Below, piece after piece: positions 7,384 to 15,630 of a stretch of 64,000 bases of DNA. Position 1 is the first letter of the stretch, and each line of letters starts with the position of its first letter. The notes below the pieces were generated by a model. That model was not told where the DNA came from, did not search any database, and saw nothing but the letters and a program-made list of their open reading frames with translations. Source of the stretch: an uncultured Bryobacteraceae bacterium (GTDB taxonomy: Bacteria > Acidobacteriota > Terriglobia > Bryobacterales > Bryobacteraceae); NCBI GenBank assembly GCA_964245395.1, contig CAXTMN010000001.1:56552-120551 (forward strand), given 5' to 3'. A program made the translations under genes and the position numbers.

Positions 7384-8724
7384 CTAATCGATCTGCAGTC
7401 CTATTCTTTCGAGAATGCCTGTGAAACGGTGGTCTTCGCGTAAATTTACAAAGTGGGGATCATACCTCAGGTAGATGACAGCACCATCGCCCTCCTTGCA
7501 GGCACGATCCAGGCACTCGAAGGCGGCATCGCGCTCATTTAAATAGGAGTGTATTGCAGCGAGCGCATAAGACCATCGAAAGCCCGGCACTTCAGGTTTC
7601 TCGAGAAGTTCTTCAAGAAGTGTACGCGCTTCCTCATGCCTTCCTAGCAAAGCGTTCACCATCGCTAGAGTCGCGGCGCCGCGAGTGCTGGTCCCGGACA
7701 GCGCAATAGCCTTGGCAGCCTCGTTTAGAGCTTCGGCGCTCCGATTCAGACGTGCATAGATGATGGCGAGCAACTGATGAGCCGCAAGGAAATTCGGCTC
7801 CAGGTATTCGAATTTTAATAACTGGGCGAAGGCCTCTTCGTATCGGCCGGCATGATACAGCACGCCAGCAACGTGATAGGCGACGGGACACGAGAGCGGA
7901 TCGATTTCCGCAGCCAATAGAGCATGCTTAAGTGCGTCCTCGAAGCGACCTGAGATCAGCAAGAAATGACTGTATGCAAAGTGGCCTGGCATCGAGTTTG
8001 GAGCCAGTTCGATGGACGTCTTGAATGAATTGTCGGCTCCCTTGCGGTCACGGTCAAGTGTAAGTCTTAGCATTCCTAAGACCGCGTGAGCCGGAGCGCA
8101 CCAGGGATCGAGACTCAGCGCCGTCGTGGCAGCAGCCTTGGCGCGAGGGAACGCATCCGTGCCGGGCAAGAAGCCGAAGCCGGCATACAAATAAATGTAT
8201 GCCAGCACGGCATGGGCCTCAGGGTAGGCCGGGTCTGCGGCGACTGCTTGCCTTGCATAGCTCAGAGCATTCGCGACTGCGCTTGGCACCCATTGGCTGG
8301 CGGCGTGCCAAGCCCGTCGCACGAGATCCGCCGCTTCGATATTTTCATTCAGGCTGGACGCGGGCTGTGAGACTTTAGCGACTCGATGATGTACACGACC
8401 GACAAACCGGTAACCGTGTTTCGACACCGTCTCTATGTATTGAACGTTCGAGTGCTGTGCCAGAACACGGCGCAAATCAGATACAACTCGCGCCAGGGTA
8501 ACGTCTTCCACAAACGTGTCCGGCCAGAGTGCGCGATGCATCAGCTCTTTCGAAAGCAGGCTTTCGGCATGGTCGATAAGCAGAATCAGAGCGTCCAGAA
8601 TTTTTGGAGGCACCGCGACGCTTGCGCCCGCAAAAGAGAGCTTCCGGTTGCGCGCGTCGAGCGCAAACCGGTCGAACTCATAGACGTTCGGCAAAGCGTC
8701 TGTGCTGTGTTCTTCTACCCTCAT
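7384..8724 (-). CDS. winged-helix (OmpR/CadC-type) DNA-binding protein with TPR repeats
   Basis: The N-terminus YEFDRFALDARNRKLSF...ETVSKHGYRFV is a trans_reg_C-type domain. The C-terminal ~300 aa are TPR-like (AYPEAHAVLAYIY, repeated A-x-x-x-F/Y-x-x-A-L). Confidence 0.75.
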   Translation of the reverse strand: MRVEEHSTDALPNVYEFDRFALDARNRKLSFAGASVAVPPKILDALILLIDHAESLLSKELMHRALWPDTFVEDVTLARVVSDLRRVLAQHSNVQYIETVSKHGYRFVGRVHHRVAKVSQPASSLNENIEAADLVRRAWHAASQWVPSAVANALSYARQAVAADPAYPEAHAVLAYIYLYAGFGFLPGTDAFPRAKAAATTALSLDPWCAPAHAVLGMLRLTLDRDRKGADNSFKTSIELAPNSMPGHFAYSHFLLISGRFEDALKHALLAAEIDPLSCPVAYHVAGVLYHAGRYEEAFAQLLKFEYLEPNFLAAHQLLAIIYARLNRSAEALNEAAKAIALSGTSTRGAATLAMVNALLGRHEEARTLLEELLEKPEVPGFRWSYALAAIHSYLNERDAAFECLDRACKEGDGAVIYLRYDPHFVNLREDHRFTGILERIGLQID

Positions 8725-8918
8725 AAAAAGCTCAACAAAAAGTCAATAAAACTACAAGCGTATCTCAGGCACCTCGCCTTATGCTAACTAGCGCTAGGTT
8801 GCTTTTTGAAGTCGAAAGAAGCCGCGATTCGCAACCTCTTTCAAACGTCGAAGCGATTCGCTCTCGAGACTAGAGAAGCAATCAGCTGCACTCCTGAACT
8901 GAAGAAGAGGAAATCAAC

Positions 8919-10028
8919 ATGACATATACTCCGAATCGGAGAACGGCTATGGGGGCTGGTCTCCGTTGGATCGCTTTGTTAGCAGGCTACGCCGGGCCTG
9001 TCCATGTACAACCGCTCTGGGCACAAGAGCCCAGGCAGAACAACTGGCGCTTTTGCCAGAAGTGCCAAGTAATGTTTTTCGATGGCTATCCGACGAAAGG
9101 GACTTGTGCCGCAGGCGGCGCGCATGAGGCCGCGGGATACAACTTCAATCTGACCCATGACGTTACCGAATCCGGCACTGGGCAGAAGAACTGGCGGTAT
9201 TGCGCCAAGTGCGAAGCGATGTTCTTCGACGGCTATCCGGACAAGGGCAGATGCCCGAATGGCGGTGGCCATCAAGCGTCGGGCCTCAATTTTGTCCTTA
9301 CACACGATTTGCCCGAAAGCCCAACTAGCCAGAAGAACTGGCGTTATTGCGGCAAGTGTCACGCAGTGTTTTTCGACGGCTATCCAACGAAGGGTGTCTG
9401 CGCGGCGGGTGGGACACATCAAGCCGCTGGCTTGAACTTTGTTCTCCACCACCAAACCGACTATCCGGCCAAGGTTGATCACCTATCGCGGCAGAACGGC
9501 CCACTCCAGGACGTCTTCAAGACAATGTGGAACGAAGCCGGCCGACCAATCGTTGCCGACAAGGTGCAGCAGGCGGTCAACGGCCGCAGCTTTGCTAAGG
9601 GCGTCAATGGTTACCAGGCGCATGCGAGCATGGGTGACATCGCTGTCAGTTGGAGAACTCTCGGACCGAATCGTCTCTCCGTCCAATTGAATGTGCCGGG
9701 GAACGACTGCGAGTTTCATGCAACGACACCCACCGTCCTCGGAAAGTTCGCCGACCCTGCTTTCCGGGTCGGGTTTGGCTTAGCGGTCAATATCGACATG
9801 GGCGTGCGCAACGCGAAGCCGCCGATTGATCTTAACGTGTTTGATGTGAGGACCACGAACGCGAGCGTGCATGGCTCCAATGCAGTTGGAACGTTAGTTG
9901 AAACAGTAGCGGACTTCTTTACGAAGGGTGAGTTCAGCCGCAACATCACCAGTCAGATCAACGGTGATTTTAGTCTGAAATCGCAGATTGCTCAGTCCAT
10001 TGGGTCTGCACTGGATAAAGTCTGGTGA
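8919..10028 (+). CDS. secreted protein with three 49-aa Cys/His repeats plus an unknown C-terminal domain
   Basis: Signal-like N-terminus (NRRTAMGAGLRWIALLAGYAG...AQE). Three copies of Q-x-NWR-[FY]-C-x-KC-x2-[MV]FFDGYP-x-KG-x-C-x2-GG-x-H-x-A-x-G-x-NF-x-L-x-H. About 190 aa of unassigned C-terminus. Confidence 0.7.
   Translation: MTYTPNRRTAMGAGLRWIALLAGYAGPVHVQPLWAQEPRQNNWRFCQKCQVMFFDGYPTKGTCAAGGAHEAAGYNFNLTHDVTESGTGQKNWRYCAKCEAMFFDGYPDKGRCPNGGGHQASGLNFVLTHDLPESPTSQKNWRYCGKCHAVFFDGYPTKGVCAAGGTHQAAGLNFVLHHQTDYPAKVDHLSRQNGPLQDVFKTMWNEAGRPIVADKVQQAVNGRSFAKGVNGYQAHASMGDIAVSWRTLGPNRLSVQLNVPGNDCEFHATTPTVLGKFADPAFRVGFGLAVNIDMGVRNAKPPIDLNVFDVRTTNASVHGSNAVGTLVETVADFFTKGEFSRNITSQINGDFSLKSQIAQSIGSALDKVW
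9036..9458 (+). repeat. 3 x 147-nt in-frame tandem coding repeat
   Basis: Protein repeats start at residues 40, 89 and 138 of the 8919..10028 product. Confidence 0.8.
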
Positions 10029-10177
10029 TCGCTACAGACGATCGCGATTAGGCGCTGTGAAGTGCTAGCGAGGACGATGCCCGGCATTGCGGGTCGCTGC
10101 TGGTTCGAAGAGCACCACCGTTTTTCCTGTTGGGATCGTAAACGTCGATCGTGAAAGTGCCAGAATATCAACGCGCA

Positions 10178-12088
10178 TCACAACTTTCGCAGCAGTACGA
10201 GCGTTAAATCATCCCGGGCCTCCGGGTCATGAATCCACTTTTCGACGGTGCCAGTAACCGCAGTGATGATATCGTCGAGCGGCTTGTTACCTTCGATCAC
10301 TAGTAGTTCGGCCAGACGAGCTTCGCCGAACTCCTGCTCTGCCGCGTCGAAGGCCTCGGGAATCCCGTCGGAGAAGACGGCGAGAAGATCGCCCGTCCGT
10401 AATAGGAAGTCTTGCTGCTCGTACTTCACATTGGGCAGCAGGCCTACCACCATACCGTCGCCTTCGAGCGTAGCCGCGCGTCCATCGCGCACGAGGATGG
10501 GCTTCAGGTGGCCCGCGTTGGTATAGGTGAGCCGCCCCGTATCATCGTCGTAGACCGAACAGAAGAACGTGGCGTACTTTTCCGCTGGGGTGTTTTCGTA
10601 GAGTTGCTGACTGATCAGCGCCATTAGTGTCGCGGTAGACAACACAGAATCAGAAGAATCTCCGCTGAACTTCAGTCGTGCGTGCAGCGCCGATTGAATG
10701 CTTGCCATGAGGAGTGCCGCTGAAACGCCCTTTCCCGAAACGTCCCCGAGCGCGATTGCTGTCCACCGGTCATCCAGACGCACATAGTCGTAATAATCGC
10801 CGCTTACAACCCGTCCAGGAATGCATATGCCGGCCATCTCCAACGTCTTGAGTTTCGGCACGGACTTCGGGAACAAGCGCAACTGGACTTCTCGCGCGAT
10901 CTTCAGTTCAGCATCCAGCTTCTCTTTCTTCTTCACCTCGCCAATCAACTGACGAATTTTCGCGGTCATGCTGTTGAACGACGCAGCCAGTTCACTTAAC
11001 TGATGTTGACCCCGCACAGGAATCTGATGCGAGAAATCTGCTTGCGCTACTTGTAGCGTTCCCCGGTAGAGGTCGTCCACGGACCGCGTAATCGCCCGCG
11101 TGAGCCTCAAGCTGGAGAACAAAGAGACAACTTCCACGATCAGAAGGAGGCTGCCGACGACTACCACCAGGGAGAGCGCAATCGACGCCATCGGGCCAGT
11201 CACGCCCCGGGCGACCAGCAAAGAAGGCCTGGATGTTAAGGGTAGTAGAACGTCCTCTCTTCCGGAGGAAGCTTGCGCCGTCCAAGCCAGCACGCCGGCG
11301 ATCGGCATATCCCACCAGCTCCGAGGCAGCCCTAATCCGGAGGGCACGATCTCTTTCCGGACACCGTTTTCAACTACAGTCATCCTGCTACCGGACGGGC
11401 CCCATGTAACATCAGTGCGGTCGTCGCCGTGCAGCACGGCGGCAACGGAGACAACCCCTGGAGTAAGCGACGCCAAAGTCTGGTCATCCAAAGGAAGATA
11501 GGTGAACGCTTCCGTGTTCCCATCGCGCACATTGGCAGCGATGTAGTAGTGCCCGCCAGCCTCAAGCAGATCACCGAATCCGGGAGGGATCCAAGCCGGC
11601 GCGTTCTGGAAGCGGCCGTCTGGAGGCAACCGGAGGGCAGCGCCATTGGCACGGACCACCACAGCTTCCAGCCTCGGCACCCGCTGACGGATTCCATCCA
11701 ATAGATCCGCTGTTGCCCCGTGAGAGGCTGCGAGGCTCAGATTCTGCGCCGCGGAGCGAACGCTTTCGATGTGCGCTTCTAGCTCTCGGCGGACACGCTC
11801 TGTGGCGAATCGTCCGAACAGCAACTCGGCCGACAGCGTCAGCATCAATCCGATGAGGAAAATGGGAAGGACGCCAAACAGAAAGAAGGTGACAAGCAGC
11901 CGGTTGCGAACACGCCACAGCAATTCCTTACGGAACGCGATGTAGCACACGATTAGCGCCAGCAAAACGAATCCGGAGTGCGAAGTTCCGACGGAGAGAG
12001 AGGAGAATACGACGACACCCAGGGCCAAGACCGTTAGAGCTAGCGCGACGCGTTGAAAGAGAGTTCTGCCGCGCAGCCATTGCTTCAT
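10178..12088 (-). CDS. membrane sensor with HAMP domain and PP2C/SpoIIE-type Ser phosphatase domain (RsbU-like)
   Basis: N-terminal TM helices. The HAMP-like segment is SLRLTRAITRSVDDLYRGTLQVAQADFSHQIPV. The phosphatase domain shows AREVQLRLFP...GDYYDY...GDVSGKGVSAALLMA. Confidence 0.8.
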   Translation of the reverse strand: MKQWLRGRTLFQRVALALTVLALGVVVFSSLSVGTSHSGFVLLALIVCYIAFRKELLWRVRNRLLVTFFLFGVLPIFLIGLMLTLSAELLFGRFATERVRRELEAHIESVRSAAQNLSLAASHGATADLLDGIRQRVPRLEAVVVRANGAALRLPPDGRFQNAPAWIPPGFGDLLEAGGHYYIAANVRDGNTEAFTYLPLDDQTLASLTPGVVSVAAVLHGDDRTDVTWGPSGSRMTVVENGVRKEIVPSGLGLPRSWWDMPIAGVLAWTAQASSGREDVLLPLTSRPSLLVARGVTGPMASIALSLVVVVGSLLLIVEVVSLFSSLRLTRAITRSVDDLYRGTLQVAQADFSHQIPVRGQHQLSELAASFNSMTAKIRQLIGEVKKKEKLDAELKIAREVQLRLFPKSVPKLKTLEMAGICIPGRVVSGDYYDYVRLDDRWTAIALGDVSGKGVSAALLMASIQSALHARLKFSGDSSDSVLSTATLMALISQQLYENTPAEKYATFFCSVYDDDTGRLTYTNAGHLKPILVRDGRAATLEGDGMVVGLLPNVKYEQQDFLLRTGDLLAVFSDGIPEAFDAAEQEFGEARLAELLVIEGNKPLDDIITAVTGTVEKWIHDPEARDDLTLVLLRKL

Positions 12089-12325
12089 CGCCGTATGATA
12101 ACCCGCAAGTTTCGCAGCAGATCATCCGCAAGGACGAACAATTAGCTACAAGATCACTGGATAGATCTTGCCCCAGGCCAAGGATAGATCAACGGCGACT
12201 AACTATGGCGAAAAACCTCTGACGGTATTGCAGTCGCTGCACAATGAGCAGTGCTGGGGCTTCAAAAGCATGTGCTTGAGCCGCCCGGCGATAGCGGGCC
12301 AGCGCCCGTGAGACCAAAACAGGAC

Positions 12326-12886
12326 TTAGGACCTCCTGCCGAAATCTACGTTGCCGGACTCGACGGTCGAGGCCCTCCGCCCCGACGCCGTCTGGTATTT
12401 CCAGTAAAGGTTTGTGTGTGCGATGACCTGGTCGGGTGACGGTGCTCCCCACGCCGTATGATCCTCCGTCGTGTGGGCATCGCCGACTAGGTCCACGTCA
12501 TATCCCCTAACGAACGCGCCGTGGAGTGTCGAACGGATGCACGCGTCGGTCTGTGCGCCGACAATGACGAGCCGCCCGACACCGAGGTTCGACAAGACGG
12601 TTTCAAGCGTGGTGTCCTCGAAAGCATCGCCGTAGTTCTTTTGGACGAGCGGCTCGTCATCCGCTGGCTCCAGTTCGGGAACGATCCGCCAGTCGTCGCT
12701 TCCATTTGCAAGCTGTTCGCCGGAATGCTGGACCCAGATGACAGGAACCCGTTCCCGCCGTGCCCTCTCGACAATGCTGCCTATGCTCGCGACGACTGCG
12801 TTGCGCTCATAAGCCTCTTTGATCACGCCATTCTGCACGTCCACGACGAGAAGCGCGGTGTTTGGCCGTTTTTTAAGTGTGCTCAC
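12326..12886 (-). CDS. isochorismatase-family cysteine hydrolase
   Basis: ALLVVDVQNG near the N-terminus, plus LVIVGAQTDACIRST containing the catalytic Cys. Confidence 0.8.
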   Translation of the reverse strand: MSTLKKRPNTALLVVDVQNGVIKEAYERNAVVASIGSIVERARRERVPVIWVQHSGEQLANGSDDWRIVPELEPADDEPLVQKNYGDAFEDTTLETVLSNLGVGRLVIVGAQTDACIRSTLHGAFVRGYDVDLVGDAHTTEDHTAWGAPSPDQVIAHTNLYWKYQTASGRRASTVESGNVDFGRRS

Positions 12887-12959
12887 GATCTTCGGTTACT
12901 CAGGCCGATGCATGTTTCCGCTCACGCAGGCGGCTGTTGGCCTCGTATAAAGTCTAATC

Positions 12960-13502
12960 GTGACCACTGAACAACTGAGATGGTTGGCCGCCTACAATGG
13001 TTGGGCGAACGCTCGGCTTCTCGAAGCCGCGACAGCCCTCACCGAAGAAGAGTTTAAACGCGACCTGCGGGCGAGCTTCGGCTCGCTCAAAGGGACACTG
13101 CTTCATCTTTTATGGGGCGAACGAGGATGGCTTCGATTCTGGCAAGTTGGCCACTTTATCGCGCGGCCTACTTCCGATAAGCAACATGACTCCGCAAGCG
13201 TCTGCACCGCGTGGGCCAGCCACGAGGAAGCGTATGAGTCCTACATATTTGGTCTGACACAAGCCGAGCTCGATACCCGGCGGACGCTCGATGACACCAT
13301 TTATACGTTGGGTGAACTCGTTCAACACGCTCTCAACCATTCCACTTATCATCGCGGACAGGTCGCATTACTCATACGGCAGCTTGGGCATGCACCGCCG
13401 GCGACGGACTACCACGACTTCTTGGCGGAGGCACGCGCTAAAACCGCAAGATCTTTTCCGGGAGTCGCGGCGAACATGTCCGTGAACCCCATGAAGCGGT
13501 AG
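12960..13502 (+). CDS. DinB-family protein
   Basis: WANARLLEAA..., HLLWGERGW and HSTYHRGQVALLIRQLG are typical of the DinB/YfiT helical bundle. The last ~30 codons run into the opposite-strand GNAT remnant. Confidence 0.75.
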   Translation: MTTEQLRWLAAYNGWANARLLEAATALTEEEFKRDLRASFGSLKGTLLHLLWGERGWLRFWQVGHFIARPTSDKQHDSASVCTAWASHEEAYESYIFGLTQAELDTRRTLDDTIYTLGELVQHALNHSTYHRGQVALLIRQLGHAPPATDYHDFLAEARAKTARSFPGVAANMSVNPMKR

Positions 13503-13738
13503 CTAGGTGAGTCCCGCTCGACTGGGTACGCTTCGAGACTGGTGGCTCCTCGCAACCGAGCATAGCCGACAGCTGCCTCTATGAGCTGACTGGTGAGATC
13601 CTTTCTCCGATATTCACGCTTGATAAAAAAACATGCGAGCGACCAGACTCGTTCTGTTGTAGATGAATCCACTCCGCCAAGCGGCCGATACGTTTCACGC
13701 GGCGCGATCGAGCACCACGCGATCGGGCGATCTCTCAC
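13409..13738 (-). pseudogene. GNAT N-acetyltransferase remnant (truncated at both ends)
   Basis: CFFIKREYRRKDLTSQLIEAAVGYARLRGATSLEAYP is a GNAT acetyl-CoA-binding motif-A region. Only about 109 codons remain, and the 3' end overlaps the DinB ORF convergently by 94 nt. Confidence 0.55.
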
Positions 13739-13809
13739 GTCATGTAGGTCCGGGAGTCTTATTTGTTTCGTCCCTTAGAGCTTCTTGAGATAGCTCCTTG
13801 CAAGGTAGA

Positions 13810-14415
13810 CTAAAGCTTTTGTGCTTTGCGGCGAAAGAGCGCAAGCACTCCGAGAGCCGGTGCGAGTAAGAGCAAGGTAGCGGGTTCGGGAGTTACTGAG
13901 CCGGTGCTGACACTTACATTGTCCAGGGAGAAGTAACCGAGATCGTTTTGTGAGGTGAACTGAAGCAGAGCTGAGTTGGCTGTACTCGAAGTAGACAACG
14001 TAAACGAATAAGGAGTGAACGATGACACGGGAGCATCGGTCTCAGAGAAAAATGTCTGTCCGCCGAAGGATGCCGAAAAGAGATTGGTAAAACCGGCAAG
14101 TGGAACCGAGTCTTGAGCGAGCGAGAAGCTGATGAAGTAGTAGTAGCCAGGCTGAACGGTGAGGGTCTGACTGAGGGTCAGGGGATTGAGCTCAGAGCCG
14201 AGATAGGCACCGAAAGATCCTGATGCGGCATCCTGAGAATCAACGCCGTAAAACTGTGACGCAAAGGGCGAACTAGTTACAAGTCCGGCCGTTGTCCAGC
14301 TAGTGAGATCGCCCGTTTCGAAGCCGCCATTGGTAACGAGCTCATCGCCGAAGACATTTTTGACGCCAAAGAATGCACAGACAATTACTGCCAAGATACC
14401 GACTTGCTTACACAT
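13810..14415 (-). CDS. PEP-CTERM sorting-domain protein
   Basis: N-terminal signal peptide. The C-terminus is VTPEPATLLLLAPALGVLALFRRK (PEP motif, TM, basic tail). Confidence 0.85.
   Translation of the reverse strand: MCKQVGILAVIVCAFFGVKNVFGDELVTNGGFETGDLTSWTTAGLVTSSPFASQFYGVDSQDAASGSFGAYLGSELNPLTLSQTLTVQPGYYYFISFSLAQDSVPLAGFTNLFSASFGGQTFFSETDAPVSSFTPYSFTLSTSSTANSALLQFTSQNDLGYFSLDNVSVSTGSVTPEPATLLLLAPALGVLALFRRKAQKL
14193..14249. repeat. 57-nt patch, 56/57 identical to 3434..3490
   Basis: See 3434..3490. Here it encodes YGVDSQDAASGSFGAYLGS of the PEP-CTERM protein. Confidence 0.9.
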
Positions 14416-14501
14416 AGTTTTGATTTACCCTCGATCCGGTCTTCAGGATACGGAATGAAGATTACAACTGAGTTAGAGATTGAGTACTGCAGTACAAATC
14501 T

Positions 14502-15521
14502 CTACTTACTAACAGAGCCGATGCCTATTTCGGAGGGACTGTCGAATCGCAGCGGAAGCGGGTACAACAAGCCGCCATGAACCTGAAGCTGGTTGGGGCC
14601 TCGCGGGATGTGCAAGGGCGAGTCCTTTCCCAGATCCCGATCGTAGATCTCTCCATAGTTGCCTAGTGCATGAATGACGTTCACGGCCCAGTCCTCTGCG
14701 AGGCCCAGCTTGCTCGCGTAACCCTTGGTGACGCCGAGCAAACGTTGAGTCTCATACTCGTCGTTTTTGATTTTTAAATTCACATTTGCCCTGGTGATGC
14801 CTTCTGCCTCTGCGTGCAGCAAGGCCTGCATGGTCCATTGGACGATGGCAGCCCAAGCGGCGTCATTCGCCAGATAAACCGGTGCGAGCGGATCAGGGGC
14901 GATTGTTTCCGGCAAAATTTCATAGTTGTCGGCAAGACGGCGAAAGGCCACACGCATGTTGGCCAACTGAGTCACATCACTTGCGATTGCCTGGCAGTTG
15001 TTGGTGACGAACGCTGCCTCCATCTCGCCCTGTTCTTGAAACGGGAAGGGGCGGTAATCGAACTTTGTCCTGCTCATGTAGTCATGCAGATTGTCTGCAA
15101 CGGCAGTTTGATCAAGAAAGCAGATGCGGCGGCCGCTCAAGTCGTTCACCGACTTCACATGAAGGATTTTGGGAACGATAAAGCCTTGCGCGTCCCAAAG
15201 AATGGGATATCCGAAACTGAGGCCACCCGCGACCGTGTTACCGAAATCGGGTGTTCCTGTGGGCACGAGGGCGACCTCACCTTTGCGTAAGGCCTGGAGG
15301 CTGCCCGGCTCGTCGGGATAGGCGGTTAACGTCACCTTGGCGTGCGGTCCAAGAACAGCGACCGCTACCGCGGTACAGAGATCGGCATCAAACTGGGCGC
15401 GATTACCGTGGCCGTCGCCCTTCGAGTACTCAATCAGATCGCGGTTGATACCGCAGGAGAGAACCTGGGTGGCTCGTACTTTATCAAGCACGGAACCTGC
15501 AAAGCTGGAAGAACAGAGCAA
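14502..15521 (-). CDS. AapJ-like amino-acid ABC transporter substrate-binding protein (orphan)
   Basis: LSCGINRDL...DADLCTAVAVAVLG...GNYGEIYDRDLG...RGPNQL resembles general L-amino-acid binding proteins. No permease or ATPase genes are nearby. A signal peptide is only recovered if translation starts at ATC 15563, which has AGGAG 7 nt upstream. Confidence 0.7.
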   Translation of the reverse strand: MLCSSSFAGSVLDKVRATQVLSCGINRDLIEYSKGDGHGNRAQFDADLCTAVAVAVLGPHAKVTLTAYPDEPGSLQALRKGEVALVPTGTPDFGNTVAGGLSFGYPILWDAQGFIVPKILHVKSVNDLSGRRICFLDQTAVADNLHDYMSRTKFDYRPFPFQEQGEMEAAFVTNNCQAIASDVTQLANMRVAFRRLADNYEILPETIAPDPLAPVYLANDAAWAAIVQWTMQALLHAEAEGITRANVNLKIKNDEYETQRLLGVTKGYASKLGLAEDWAVNVIHALGNYGEIYDRDLGKDSPLHIPRGPNQLQVHGGLLYPLPLRFDSPSEIGIGSVSK

Positions 15522-15630
15522 CCCAGTGAGGAATATCAGCGCGATTGGCTTGAAGAGGGAGATAACGTTGCTCCTGGAAAGAATGGAAGAAGGGGCCGAT
15601 CACTTCGGCCCCACCGTCAGCTTGAGCGAC

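Noticed and set aside
10029-10177. Short coding-like stretch on the minus strand (…TFTIDVYDPNRKNGGALRTSS…)
   Set aside because: There is no start codon, no motif and only about 45 codons. It may be a gene remnant but is not supportable.
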